Shown here in pieces: positions 1-9,514 of a DNA stretch of 64,000 nt. Below the pieces are notes generated by a model. It saw nothing but the letters and a program-made list of their open reading frames with translations. It was not told the DNA's origin and did not search any database. This DNA is from Candidatus Sericytochromatia bacterium (GTDB taxonomy: Bacteria; Cyanobacteriota; Sericytochromatia; S15B-MN24; JAQBPE01), in the NCBI GenBank assembly GCA_035284745.1, contig JAYKIL010000012.1, positions 86,605-150,604 on the forward strand, written 5' to 3'. Each line of letters starts with the position of its first letter. The stretch's first letter is position 1. The position numbers and the translations under genes are program-made.

Positions 1-635
1 TCTGCCCGCGTGGAAGCACCTGCCTGCAACGAGACCGAGAGGCGATGCTCTCGAAATCCCGGGTAGGTCGCAACAACAATGGGGTTCCCGACCGGAACAC
101 CCTTCAGCAAAAAAGAGCCATCCGCGTTGGAACGCACTGACGCCGGCATCCCGTGTACCTTCAGCGTCGCGCCGAAGAGCGGAACCCCTGTCACCCCGTC
201 AAAGACGGTCCCCCCCACACTGCCCCGCGCGGCATGGGGAGGCGTGAGAAGGATGCTAACGAGGACGGGTGCTTCTCCTTCGATATCAAAGGCATGGGAC
301 GCGAAAATCCCATTGGCTCGGGCCACCGCCTGATACCCCTGGCCCGGAGGCAGCTTGGCGAAATTAACGGAGCCATCAGCGCCCGACTTGATCTCCTCCC
401 GAACAATCCGCCCCTGTGAATCCCTGAGCGTGACCACCGCACCAGCGATCGGTCTCGCGCTGGCATCAATCATCGTCACGGTCACGCCTGACACCACCTG
501 GCGATTTTGAGAAACTCCGTTGGTTGGCTGTAGCGCATCCGGCACCCCGAATTCCTGCCGTGATCCACAGCCGAACGCAACCAAGCCAGCGATAAGCAAG
601 GCCGTTGCATTCAAAAAACGAGAGATTGAAGGCAT
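1..635 (-). CDS. Partial (C-terminus beyond window start) secreted protein or lipoprotein with carboxypeptidase-regulatory-like beta-sandwich repeats
   Basis: Manual translation of the minus strand. ATG is the rev-comp of cat at 633-635, immediately preceded by an in-frame TGA. N-terminus MPSISRFLNATALLIAGLVAFGCGS is a signal peptide or lipobox. The frame stays open to position 1. Repeats such as GTVFDGVTGVPLFGATLKV and ADGSFLLKGVPVG resemble the CarboxypepD_reg fold. Not in the supplied ORF track, probably because no stop lies inside the window. Confidence 0.6.
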   Translation of the reverse strand, partial: MPSISRFLNATALLIAGLVAFGCGSRQEFGVPDALQPTNGVSQNRQVVSGVTVTMIDASARPIAGAVVTLRDSQGRIVREEIKSGADGSVNFAKLPPGQGYQAVARANGIFASHAFDIEGEAPVLVSILLTPPHAARGSVGGTVFDGVTGVPLFGATLKVHGMPASVRSNADGSFLLKGVPVGNPIVVATYPGFREHRLSVSLQAGASTRA

Positions 636-657
636 CAGGAGGTGACCGCCACACGCC

Positions 658-1644
658 CTACGGGACGAAATACGAAACGGGTGCCGTCGCCTTGGCGATG
701 GCTTTGGCATTGTGCATGTTGTGAGTGTCTGTTCGAACCGCCGCCACGGTCCAAGCGTACCGAGTTCCGACATTCAAGGGCAAAGACCATTGCATCGGGC
801 GCGTCCCTTCGAAAACATCCATTTGCTGCCCATACATCATGACACTGGCATCGGATTCAGAGCGAAAGCCGCGCCACATCGGAACCGAAGGCAATATACC
901 GCGCAACGTTCGGAAAACCTGCACGTAATACCCATCCGCACCACGGGCAGGGGTCCACTTAAAGTAAGGGTTCTGACCCGTTTGAACCGCTGCCTGGCCG
1001 GGCTCGCGCAAATAGGGAATTTCCAAGGGTGGCAAAGGAGCACAATTGTCTTGTCCGGAGGCAATTACATTCCCCGCGCGATCCAAGGCTTCAACCGTGA
1101 AAACATATTCTTGACCGACATTCAAATTCGCCAGGCCCCCCATTCCGCCCCCCACGATGGCGACCGGCATCCACTGCGGCAGGTAATAGCACAGCTTTCC
1201 TTTGTCGCCTGCCGCAGCACCCTCACGTGAAGGGAGCGAGTAGATGCGATAGGCCCCCGCGCCCTTCACCGGCGTCCAAGTGACACGCGCACGAATGACG
1301 CTGATTCTCACGTTCCCAAGGCCGGGCGCTGGCATCAGGGTATTGGTGGTAGCCAAGGCTCGGATTTGCAAACTCGCAGGCTCCACCGGGGTCTCCGGAG
1401 CCTTGGGAACTGAGGGAAGATTGACCGGTCCCTCAACAGGGTCCGTTTCTGCGAATTCCGGCTGGGTCTCAGGGTATACCTCGCTGACCACCGGGTTTCG
1501 CGCAATCGGAAGCGTTTTTCCGGGCGCGGCCACTTGGTTTCCCAGTGAGGGCATCTGACGGCCACAGGCGGCCAAAAAGGTGGCGCAGAATACGGCCAAT
1601 GCGACGCCCTTCAATACGCCGGTTTGGCTCTGCAAATGGGTCAT
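658..1644 (-). CDS. Lipoprotein with two fibronectin-III-like domains
   Basis: ATG at 1644 sits 8 nt after AAGGGGAG. Signal plus lipobox MTHLQSQTGVLKGVALAVFCATFLAAC. Two repeats of the W-TP-G-Y-Y type: TWTPVKGAGAYRIY and FKWTPARGADGYYVQVF. Confidence 0.6.
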   Translation of the reverse strand: MTHLQSQTGVLKGVALAVFCATFLAACGRQMPSLGNQVAAPGKTLPIARNPVVSEVYPETQPEFAETDPVEGPVNLPSVPKAPETPVEPASLQIRALATTNTLMPAPGLGNVRISVIRARVTWTPVKGAGAYRIYSLPSREGAAAGDKGKLCYYLPQWMPVAIVGGGMGGLANLNVGQEYVFTVEALDRAGNVIASGQDNCAPLPPLEIPYLREPGQAAVQTGQNPYFKWTPARGADGYYVQVFRTLRGILPSVPMWRGFRSESDASVMMYGQQMDVFEGTRPMQWSLPLNVGTRYAWTVAAVRTDTHNMHNAKAIAKATAPVSYFVP

Positions 1645-1838
1645 TTCGCGCTCCCCTTCTCTCACACACCTCACGAGCCCACGTTGTTTCGCTCGCGCTT
1701 GTAAATCCAGAATGGCGCACAGGCCACCCTGATATTCTTATCGCGAGAGATGGTGATGAGGTTGCGTCATCCGTATAAAAACTATGTTAAGTTATGGGTA
1801 ACACCCACTTAATTAACAGCCTCATAACAAGCAGCAAC

Positions 1839-1867
1839 AAAAAAATCGCTCCTTAATTTGGAGCGAT
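1839..1867 (-). terminator. Intrinsic terminator of tRNA-Gly
   Basis: Inverted repeat ATCGCTCC(1845-1852)/GGAGCGAT(1860-1867) with a 7-nt loop. On the minus strand it is followed by a T7 run (plus-strand A run 1839-1845), 9 nt after the tRNA 3' end. Confidence 0.5.
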
Positions 1868-1876
1868 CTCTGGAGG

Positions 1877-1948
1877 AGCGGGAAAAGGGATTCGAACCCT
1901 CGACCCCCACCTTGGCAAGGTGGTGTTCTACCACTGAACTATTCCCGC
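1877..1948 (-). tRNA. tRNA-Gly (anticodon GCC)
   Basis: The rev-comp reads GCGGGAATAGTTCAGTGGTAGAACACCACCTTGCCAAGGTGGGGGTCGAGGGTTCGAATCCCTTTTCCCGCT. It has a 7-bp acceptor stem, GTTCGAATC T-loop and anticodon loop CTTGCCAAG. CCA is not encoded. Confidence 0.9.
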
Positions 1949-2123
1949 ATATTTGACGCACGGTGTTCCAAAACAACCCGAGCGTAAGACGAGGATAACA
2001 TGGGTATTGTTTTGTGTAAAGCCCTCTGATTCCGTCGGTCTGTTTGCAAAGACGGGTAAGATACCTGAGCGTAGTGTCTTTCCCGGATGATCACCCCTTG
2101 GTTATTTCGGCACGAGTGTTTCA

Positions 2124-3002
2124 TTGTCGACAGCAGCCACTTCCGGAACCCTGTATGTGATTGCCACCCCCATTGGAAATATGGGGGATATCACCGCACG
2201 CGCACTCTCCCTGCTGTCCCAAGTGGACCTGATTGCCGCAGAAGACACTCGGGAAACCCTTAAATTGCTGAGGCATCACAACATCACAACCCCCCTGATC
2301 AGTCATCACGCGCACAATGAGAGAAATTCCACCCCGGGCGTTATCAAGCGCCTCCTCGCGGGGGACAACGTAGCGATCGTGTCAGACGCAGGAACTCCTG
2401 CAATTTCTGATCCGGGGGAAAAACTTGTTTCAGCCGCCATCTCCGCCGGTGTCACCGTCGTTCCAATCCCGGGCGCCACCGCCTTTGTCGCTGCCTTAAT
2501 CGCCAGTGGTTTGCCCACTGGACGCTTCGTCTTTGAAGGCTTTCTACCGAGTGAGGCCAAACTGCGACGGCGGGCCCTGCGGGCGCTGGCAAAAGAAACG
2601 CGAACCATGATTTTTTACGAAGCACCGCATCGTCTGTTCGACACGCTCACAGATATGCAAGCGCTGTTGGGTCCACAACGCCCGGCGTGCATCGCCAGGG
2701 AAATCACCAAGCGGTTTGAAACGTTTCATCGCGGGACACTCGATGAATTAGGTCGTGAATTCCAAAATACTGAGGTCCTCGGGGAACTGGTTCTCATCAT
2801 CCGGGGGGCAGAGCCCGCAGACAGCACCCAAGACGGGGGAAGCCTCCCCTCGTGGGAAGAGGCACTGGACGTGCTCCTCGCCGCGGGCACCAAGGCTTCC
2901 ATCGCAGCACGAGAAATTGCCCTTCGGTATGACCTCAGCCGAGAGATCGTTTACGGACACGCGGTGAGTCGGCGGGAAAAAAGAACCGGCAAGACTGAAT
3001 AA
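2124..3002 (+). CDS. rsmI: 16S rRNA (cytidine1402-2'-O)-methyltransferase RsmI (tetrapyrrole-methylase fold)
   Basis: TTG start. N-terminus GTLYVIATPIGNMGDITARAL followed by AAEDTRETLKLL, the typical RsmI/SAM-dependent TP-methylase motifs. Length 292 aa. Confidence 0.85.
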   Translation: MSTAATSGTLYVIATPIGNMGDITARALSLLSQVDLIAAEDTRETLKLLRHHNITTPLISHHAHNERNSTPGVIKRLLAGDNVAIVSDAGTPAISDPGEKLVSAAISAGVTVVPIPGATAFVAALIASGLPTGRFVFEGFLPSEAKLRRRALRALAKETRTMIFYEAPHRLFDTLTDMQALLGPQRPACIAREITKRFETFHRGTLDELGREFQNTEVLGELVLIIRGAEPADSTQDGGSLPSWEEALDVLLAAGTKASIAAREIALRYDLSREIVYGHAVSRREKRTGKTE

Positions 3003-3029
3003 CTGCCCCAAAAAATGGTCCCAACGCCG

Positions 3030-4670
3030 TCAGTAAGAGAGGGAATCCCCAGGGGCCATCAAGTGTAAGCGCAGATCTCGTGCGCTGCTCAGCGCTGGGT
3101 TCGCTAAACTGACCTTTCCAGTCTCGAGAACCAATACTGGGTCATCTCCCCACGCGTTGATGCGATGACCCACCAGGCGAATCCCATTGGACGGCGTTAA
3201 CCCAATTCCGATCGCCCCGTTCGCCAGCAACGCGTCGACAGCTAGTCGCTCGAGCGCTCCCACCCGCCAGACATCGGGCGTTGCGACCATTCCCGGCGCG
3301 AAGCGAAGCCCCGGTGCCAAATCCGCCCGCCCGGCTGCAGTGGTTCGCGTGGCGGGTTCTCCCACAATCCCAACAGTCGCCGCGGCCGCCAAGCATTGCA
3401 AGCGTTTAAGATGCTCACGAAGCACATTTCCCGGGTTTCCACGCAAAGCAGAGGCCAAGGTTCCCGCCGGATCCTCAACAAGAAGCAGTCCCCCCGCGAT
3501 GGTCAAATACTTCGTCAGCAAAGGAGAGCGAACCTGATCCGCAGACAAGATTCGCACAGTCGTCCGCCCTGCTGATGTGAGGGCAGATTGCCATCTTTGC
3601 GCCAACGAAATCGCATCATTGCCAGCCAAGACCAATAATTCTTCAGGCAGCGGCGCAAATGCGGCCGTCTTGGAATCATCCGCAGCCACCAGCGAGGACG
3701 GAACCGACTCTTTTCCTTGCAGCCACAACGCTGCAGCCTCCAGGGGCAAACGTACAGGCGGCGAGAGCATCGGAACCCGTTCGTTCTCTTCGCGTCGCCA
3801 TCGCAGGGATTCACCGGCCCCAAGAATGTGCATCTCGACGTCTCTCATGGATATGGGGGGGCGCAACGGACGCTTCACCCGAGCACGAGAGAAATCTAAC
3901 AACGAGACGCGCCCTTCCCCCAAGACGCGGACGCCCTCCGAGGTTACAACCGCTGCGGTTCCCTCATCAACGCCCAGGCCCCACACGCCCGGTGATTGGG
4001 CAGACGCTACCAACAGGCGTCCCAGACGCCCCTCTCTGCCAAAATGGGTGTCCACGAGAACATCCGGAAGCAGGCCCAAGCCATCACGCAGTTCGAGGCT
4101 GCCGGGCGAAATACCGCGCCGCAGCGCCGAGGCGCTCAGTCCGGATGTAATATAATTCGGCCCCCAAACCATGGCCCCCGCGCTGGTTCCAGCCAAAACA
4201 ACTCCCCTCTGCCATGCAGCGAGCAAAGCTCCGTGGGCGGGGGTTCCTTGTATCACCTGCGCCAGCCGGATCTGATTGCCACCCGTCGCATAAATCAGAT
4301 CGGCCTCGCCAATCAGAGACAGAATCGCGGGGTCATAGGCTTGGTCTCGACTGAGCAATGGAAGTACCGCCGCACGTTTCACCCCAAGTCGCTGCTGGAA
4401 GAAACGCTCATAAGCGGCACCACTTTGCGCTGGATTACTGGAAGCCGTGTTCAGAATCAGAACCTGACTGTCACGTCCACGTGCCAGTTCAAGCACCTCT
4501 TGTATCAACTCTACATTTTCAGACCCACCGCCGAGCGCCACCAACGTTCCAGACCGAGTCTGAGCAAATCCCGGCCAGGCCATCGCTAAAAAGCAAAAAA
4601 TGGCGAGCAAACAAGCCTGTGACCGCCAGAAACCGTGTCTGACAGAAAAGCACAGAGCCAAGACATCCAT
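3030..4670 (-). CDS. Peptidase S51 (cyanophycinase/peptidase E-like) protein, tandem domains, secreted
   Basis: Start moved to the ATG at 4670 (MDVLALCFSV...AMAWPGFAQT signal peptide) to avoid a 37-bp overlap with the upstream SBP gene. The first domain carries the nucleophile motif GTSAGAMVWG plus DTHFGREGR. The second half repeats the fold with a degenerate active site. Confidence 0.7.
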   Translation of the reverse strand: MDVLALCFSVRHGFWRSQACLLAIFCFLAMAWPGFAQTRSGTLVALGGGSENVELIQEVLELARGRDSQVLILNTASSNPAQSGAAYERFFQQRLGVKRAAVLPLLSRDQAYDPAILSLIGEADLIYATGGNQIRLAQVIQGTPAHGALLAAWQRGVVLAGTSAGAMVWGPNYITSGLSASALRRGISPGSLELRDGLGLLPDVLVDTHFGREGRLGRLLVASAQSPGVWGLGVDEGTAAVVTSEGVRVLGEGRVSLLDFSRARVKRPLRPPISMRDVEMHILGAGESLRWRREENERVPMLSPPVRLPLEAAALWLQGKESVPSSLVAADDSKTAAFAPLPEELLVLAGNDAISLAQRWQSALTSAGRTTVRILSADQVRSPLLTKYLTIAGGLLLVEDPAGTLASALRGNPGNVLREHLKRLQCLAAAATVGIVGEPATRTTAAGRADLAPGLRFAPGMVATPDVWRVGALERLAVDALLANGAIGIGLTPSNGIRLVGHRINAWGDDPVLVLETGKVSLANPALSSARDLRLHLMAPGDSLSY

Positions 4671-4681
4671 TGCAAAACGCT

Positions 4682-6328
4682 TCACGACGGTTCCAGTTTC
4701 CATTCCCACGTGTTCCACAGGTTTCCCCGTATCGTTGGATTCGGTCTAAAACCTTGCAGGCGCGGACTGGTTGCATCCAAACCGACCCAATATAACAGGG
4801 GAATCACTGGAAGATCGAGACGTAATTGCGCGGCAAGCTCGTGATAAATTCGCTTGCGCGCAGAGGACTCCACGGTTCGCAATCCCCGCTCTAGCAATCC
4901 GTCCACGCGCCGTTCACGATAACGTGAGCGATTCTGTCCGACGGGCGGCACCTGATCCGAGCGCCAACGAAAAGTGGTATCCGGGTCCGGGCGAGACAGT
5001 GAAGCCAGCAAGGCCAGATCAAAAGTGCCTTGAGCGAGTCGCCCGCGAGGAACCCCAAATATTTGCGAAGGAGGCCAGCGTTCAATTTCAAGTTCAATAC
5101 CCACATCACGCCACTGTCGTCTCCACATTTGCGCAGCCAGAGAGCGTGAGGGTTTGTCGGTCGTCGTGAGCAAGTTCAATGCCAAACGACGTCCATTTTT
5201 GCGGCGAACACCGTCCACCCCCATCACCCATCCCGCGTCGGTCAAGAGACGCTCTGCCAGTCGGCGATCGGGGGGATAGGCATTCACCCCACGGGCATCG
5301 AAAGCCCAGTGAGCCGGGGTCAACTCACTCCACGCTGGCTGTAATACGCCGCTGTAGGCACGCGCGTTCAACTGCTGCCGATCAATCAGATGTGCCACGG
5401 CACGTCGAACCCGTAAGTCAGACAGAATCGGATTCTCCAGATTAAAGACCAGGTGTTCCCACGTCCCTGACGTGGTCAGATGGACCCGCTCGGGGGCCTC
5501 ACGTTGAAGCGCATCAAATGTCGCGGGAGGGGCTCCCTGCAAAAGGTCCGCCTCCCCAAGACGCCACATTTGATAAGCTGTCGCGTCACTGGGAATGAAC
5601 CGTAAATCCATTCGCTTAATGGCAGGGGGTCCTCTGAAATAATCATCATTGGCAACGGCCAAAACACGATCGCCGCTGCGCCAGGCTTCGTAGCGGTATG
5701 GCCCAGTCCCGACAGGAGCCAAATTCCAGCTCTGGCGGAGAAAATCACCCTTGGCAGCCGTCAACAAATGGGCCGGCAACAGGAACGGAAAGAGCTCGGC
5801 GAAAGGGGCATACGGACGAGAAAAATGAAGCACTGCCGTGTGTGGATCTGGCGTATCGATGCGACGAATTTCCTCAAAACCAGAACGAGACAGAGCTGGG
5901 AATCGAGGGTCCATAATGAGTCGCCACGTGGCCTTCACGTCATCACTGGTCAGAGGATGTCCGTCGTGCCAACGCACGCCCTTGCGCAAGCGATACGTGA
6001 CGCGCATCGCGCCCTTTTTTATCACGACCCCGCCATTGGCGATAGAAGGCACCCGCTCTGCGAGATCGGGCTGCCAGCGTCCCCGTTCGTCGCTGATCAC
6101 AAGCCCACTGTAGAACAGGGGAGCCATCGCTCCAACGACGGCCATCGGAGACAAATACGGATTCAATGAGTCCGGTTCTTGCGAAAAAATAACGACGGCT
6201 GTTCCGGGGGCCGAGCGCACAGAGATCTTGTCGCCCGTTTCTTTCCGAGACGCCGGGCACGCCGTAAGCGAGAAGGCAAAAAGGACCGCCGCTGAATAAA
6301 TAGCGAACGGGTGTCGCAATGCGTTCAC
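4682..6328 (-). CDS. ABC transporter substrate-binding protein, family 5 (peptide/nickel type), lipoprotein
   Basis: GTG start overlapping the stop of the upstream gene (GTGA). Signal plus lipobox AAVLFAFSLTAC. Length and motifs fit the SBP_bac_5 family. No permease or ATPase genes are adjacent. Confidence 0.8.
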   Translation of the reverse strand: MNALRHPFAIYSAAVLFAFSLTACPASRKETGDKISVRSAPGTAVVIFSQEPDSLNPYLSPMAVVGAMAPLFYSGLVISDERGRWQPDLAERVPSIANGGVVIKKGAMRVTYRLRKGVRWHDGHPLTSDDVKATWRLIMDPRFPALSRSGFEEIRRIDTPDPHTAVLHFSRPYAPFAELFPFLLPAHLLTAAKGDFLRQSWNLAPVGTGPYRYEAWRSGDRVLAVANDDYFRGPPAIKRMDLRFIPSDATAYQMWRLGEADLLQGAPPATFDALQREAPERVHLTTSGTWEHLVFNLENPILSDLRVRRAVAHLIDRQQLNARAYSGVLQPAWSELTPAHWAFDARGVNAYPPDRRLAERLLTDAGWVMGVDGVRRKNGRRLALNLLTTTDKPSRSLAAQMWRRQWRDVGIELEIERWPPSQIFGVPRGRLAQGTFDLALLASLSRPDPDTTFRWRSDQVPPVGQNRSRYRERRVDGLLERGLRTVESSARKRIYHELAAQLRLDLPVIPLLYWVGLDATSPRLQGFRPNPTIRGNLWNTWEWKLEPS

Positions 6329-7362
6329 AAGATCTCCAGATCCTCACTGGGAAACTCGTTATCGAGATTTAAACCCTCGCCTGAGCGCCCCATCTGAGGC
6401 TCAGGATTCCTAGGAGCCGCTAAAAAACTGTCCTCGAGGTCATTGCGAATCTGAGGTAGATTCAAGTCGAGTTGGTCCAAGATATACATGGCACCGGCCA
6501 CATCCAAATCCAGCAAACCCATTAACAGATGTCCTGTCCCGACGTGAACCAACCCCTGTTTCCGCGCAAGACCCCACGCCAAATCACAGGCTTCCTCACA
6601 CCAACGTGACGGCTTCAAATCACCTGACAGCGTGCCACTCCCTCTCCCAACGGCCCGCGCCGCGACGGCTTCGACCACCACCGCACGGGCACCATGTGCG
6701 GCCAGGATCTGCGACGCAAGGCCTCCCCGTGCATCAATGAGACCAACCAATAATTGTTCCGTCCCCACAAGGTTGTGCCCCCAAGCCCGGGTTGCGGCCT
6801 CGGCCATTTCAAAAACCTGCCCCCCTTCTGCTGTTAACAAGCGGGGGACAAAATGACGCGGGAGAACAGGGGTCTCGCCCTCCTCTGTGACCTCTACCTC
6901 CTCCGAAAAGGAACCAAGCTTGGCCCTGACATCCCGAACGATGGCCCCGAGATTCAATGACAGGTCACGAAGCAAAAATTGAGCGGCCGTGTTGGGTTCC
7001 TCCAGCAAAGCCAAGAAAATATCTGCGCTCTCGACCAACTTCGCTCGCGGATCGATCAATCTTCCAAGCACACGAATAGTGTCCGGAGAAAAAACAAGGT
7101 CCTCTTGGCGAGCCAGGCTGTAGCCCCGTCCAGACAAACGCTCCGCCGCCATCCTCAATTGGCGCGAGGTGACCCCGTGACGCTGTAGCGTAATATTGGC
7201 TAATCCCCGTTGCTCGTGCACGAGTCCGAGCAAGAGATGATCAGTCTCAACCTGATTAAATTCCAAGCGCAGAGCCTCTTCACGGGCTGCATTGAGAGCC
7301 TGAATTGCGCTGGCAGAAAACTTTTCAAGCAGCTTAGACCTCTCTTCCAGAGCTGTCACCAA
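6325..7362 (-). CDS. Clp N-terminal (Clp_N) repeat domain protein without an ATPase module
   Basis: Four Clp_N-like repeats, for example FSASAIQALNAAREEALRLEFNQVETDHLLLGL and VFEMAEAATRAWGHNLVGTEQLLVGL. 345 aa. No Walker motifs. Confidence 0.7.
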   Translation of the reverse strand: MVTALEERSKLLEKFSASAIQALNAAREEALRLEFNQVETDHLLLGLVHEQRGLANITLQRHGVTSRQLRMAAERLSGRGYSLARQEDLVFSPDTIRVLGRLIDPRAKLVESADIFLALLEEPNTAAQFLLRDLSLNLGAIVRDVRAKLGSFSEEVEVTEEGETPVLPRHFVPRLLTAEGGQVFEMAEAATRAWGHNLVGTEQLLVGLIDARGGLASQILAAHGARAVVVEAVAARAVGRGSGTLSGDLKPSRWCEEACDLAWGLARKQGLVHVGTGHLLMGLLDLDVAGAMYILDQLDLNLPQIRNDLEDSFLAAPRNPEPQMGRSGEGLNLDNEFPSEDLEIL

Positions 7363-8761
7363 GCCCCACTTGCCTCAACGGCAGACTCACAAACACTGTC
7401 GTACCCTGGCCCTCTGTTGATTCCACATGAATATCGCCGCAGTGGGCATCCACTGCCTGCTTCACAATGGTCAACCCCAGACCGCTGCCACCTTGGAGGC
7501 GAGAGCGCCCGCGAGTGACCCGAAAGAATCGATCAAAAATATGAGGCAGATCCTTGGCCGGAATTCCAATGCCTGTGTCTGCTATTTCCAAATGAAGCCT
7601 GCCCGCTTCGGCATCGAGGATGGCCCGCACCACCACCTGGCCCCCCGCAGGAGTAAATTTGGTGGCGTTGGCCACCAGGTTGACCAAAACCTGTCGCAAG
7701 CGGGCGCGATCACCTTCGATTTGCACCGGGACGTTCGCCTCAGCCACTGCGAGGGAGACATCCCGTTGTTTGGCGAGCGGAGAAACAGTCTCCACCGCAT
7801 CGCGCAGCAGAGGGTTCACATCTATCAACCCCACGTTTAAGCGCTCGCGACCGGCCTCCAAGGCAGCGACATCCAGCAGGTCGTTGACCAACTCCCGCAT
7901 CCGGTCAATTTCTCGCAGCGCATCATTCAAAAACTCATCCCTCACCGATGGATCATCCTTTGCGCCATCGACCAAATTCTCGAGCAGGACTTTTACCGAC
8001 GTCACGGGCGTGCGTAATTCATGAGAGGCATTCGCAATGAAATCTTGGCGCAAGCGGTCTTGCTCGACTTCGTGCGTAATGTCCTGGTAACTGACCAAGA
8101 ATCCTGCGAGAGACCCTCCCCCCCCTTGTAAGGGCGCACTATAGCGACGAATAAACTGCCGGGGACGCTCCAGCTGAATAATATCCGTGCGAGGCCTCTC
8201 GGGAAACCGAACCATCTCCTCTTCGATGAGAGCCAGTTGTTCGGGAACAAAAACGCGCGCGTGGAACGCCCGGTCAAAATCAACGTCCCGATCCCTGCCG
8301 TCGGCAGCCTCGGCATCGTGTGCCATACCCCGCAACGCAAAATTAGCCCAAACAGGCTGTCCTGACGGCGTTGTCAACATAACCCCTTCACTCAGACTGT
8401 TCAACACCGACTGCCAGTCGGTGACCATCAAGTGTCCTACGGGCTGGCTCGAGCCTGCCGAGAAGCCCTGCAGTGCACGCAAGAGTTCCATCCACGTCGC
8501 ACCATCAGGGCCTCGCAGGGAGGGAACCGGAGTTAATTCGCCCGCCACTGTCAGGCGCACCGACTGCAAAATTTGCTCTATCGGGTGCAGGAGAAGTCCT
8601 ATGACCACGGACGAAAGCAACCATCCCACCCCAGCGACCAATCCAATGCTCAAGGCTTCTGGAAGATCGAAATAAATGGCGAGCAACCAAAAAACAAAAC
8701 CGGCGACGCCCAACAGCAGAAAGTTGAACAGAATCAAACGCGCGTAAAGCAGGCGAACCAT
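7334..8761 (-). CDS. Two-component sensor histidine kinase (2 TM, PAS, HisKA, HATPase_c)
   Basis: N-terminal hydrophobic helices. H-box FIANASHELRTPV. N/G boxes RLRQVLVNLVANATKF, IADTGIGIP and GGSGLGLTIVK. Confidence 0.85.
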   Translation of the reverse strand: MVRLLYARLILFNFLLLGVAGFVFWLLAIYFDLPEALSIGLVAGVGWLLSSVVIGLLLHPIEQILQSVRLTVAGELTPVPSLRGPDGATWMELLRALQGFSAGSSQPVGHLMVTDWQSVLNSLSEGVMLTTPSGQPVWANFALRGMAHDAEAADGRDRDVDFDRAFHARVFVPEQLALIEEEMVRFPERPRTDIIQLERPRQFIRRYSAPLQGGGGSLAGFLVSYQDITHEVEQDRLRQDFIANASHELRTPVTSVKVLLENLVDGAKDDPSVRDEFLNDALREIDRMRELVNDLLDVAALEAGRERLNVGLIDVNPLLRDAVETVSPLAKQRDVSLAVAEANVPVQIEGDRARLRQVLVNLVANATKFTPAGGQVVVRAILDAEAGRLHLEIADTGIGIPAKDLPHIFDRFFRVTRGRSRLQGGSGLGLTIVKQAVDAHCGDIHVESTEGQGTTVFVSLPLRQVGLGDSSGREV

Positions 8762-8794
8762 AGTGCCACCGGATGCAAAGCGCTGAGAGGCGCG

Positions 8795-9514
8795 TTAGGA
8801 AACTTCTGCGGGCCGCGTCCGGCGTTCAAAGCGATAACCCACCCCTCTCACCGTTTGAATGCGCATCGGGTGGTTCGGGTCCTTCTCAATTTTCTCACGC
8901 AACCAATGGATATGAACGTCCACGGTCCGACCTTCGCCCGTAAAATCATAGCCCCAAACCTGCTCGATTAAATACTCTCGACTCAGCACCTTGTTAGCAT
9001 TCAAGGCCAGTAGTTTCAACAATTCATATTCTTTCAAGGTCAAGTTGAGCACCCGTCCCCCCAAGGTCACCTCGTGACGGGTCAAATCAATGATGAGATC
9101 CCCAATCTCAATTTTATCTGGCTGCGCCTGTTTCGCCTCCCCATATCGGGTCACCAAGCGCAGCAAAGCCTTCACTCGGGCCAGCAACTCTCGCAGACTG
9201 AAGGGCTTCGTCACATATTCGTCAGCACCAATCTCTAAACCAACCACTTTGTCGATTTCTTCCCCCTTGGCCGTCAACATGATGACGGGGATGGGCATCT
9301 CTTGACGCAGTTGACGACAAACCTCGTAGCCATCCAGAAGCGGCATCATCACGTCAAGCACCATCAAATTAGGCTTCTCACGGCGCGCCACCTCTAGGGC
9401 CTGCTGGCCGTCGGAGGCCGTCACCACGACATAACCTTCCTTCTCAAGGCTGTATTGGATGCTTTTCACGATGGAAGGTTCATCATCGACGACAAGAATC
9501 TTTGCAGGCGCCAT
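8795..9514 (-). CDS. OmpR/PhoB-family DNA-binding response regulator
   Basis: ATG at 9514 sits 9 nt after AGGAG. Receiver motif ILVVDDEP...LMVLDVMMP plus a winged-helix C-terminus (RVKALLRL, YRFE). Confidence 0.85.
   Translation of the reverse strand: MAPAKILVVDDEPSIVKSIQYSLEKEGYVVVTASDGQQALEVARREKPNLMVLDVMMPLLDGYEVCRQLRQEMPIPVIMLTAKGEEIDKVVGLEIGADEYVTKPFSLRELLARVKALLRLVTRYGEAKQAQPDKIEIGDLIIDLTRHEVTLGGRVLNLTLKEYELLKLLALNANKVLSREYLIEQVWGYDFTGEGRTVDVHIHWLREKIEKDPNHPMRIQTVRGVGYRFERRTRPAEVS

Noticed and set aside
642-842. Plus-strand 66-aa ORF preceded by AGGAGG
   Set aside because: The spacing between SD and GTG is only 2 nt. It overlaps two minus-strand secreted-protein genes, and its composition is junk.
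712-1230. 172-aa plus-strand ORF (and similar long ORFs such as 3577..4155, 18101..18895, 30644..31504, 14855..15535 and 15031..15543) antisense to well-supported genes
   Set aside because: Arg/Pro/Ser/His-rich composition with no motifs. These are typical shadow ORFs on the opposite strand of real genes in high-GC DNA.
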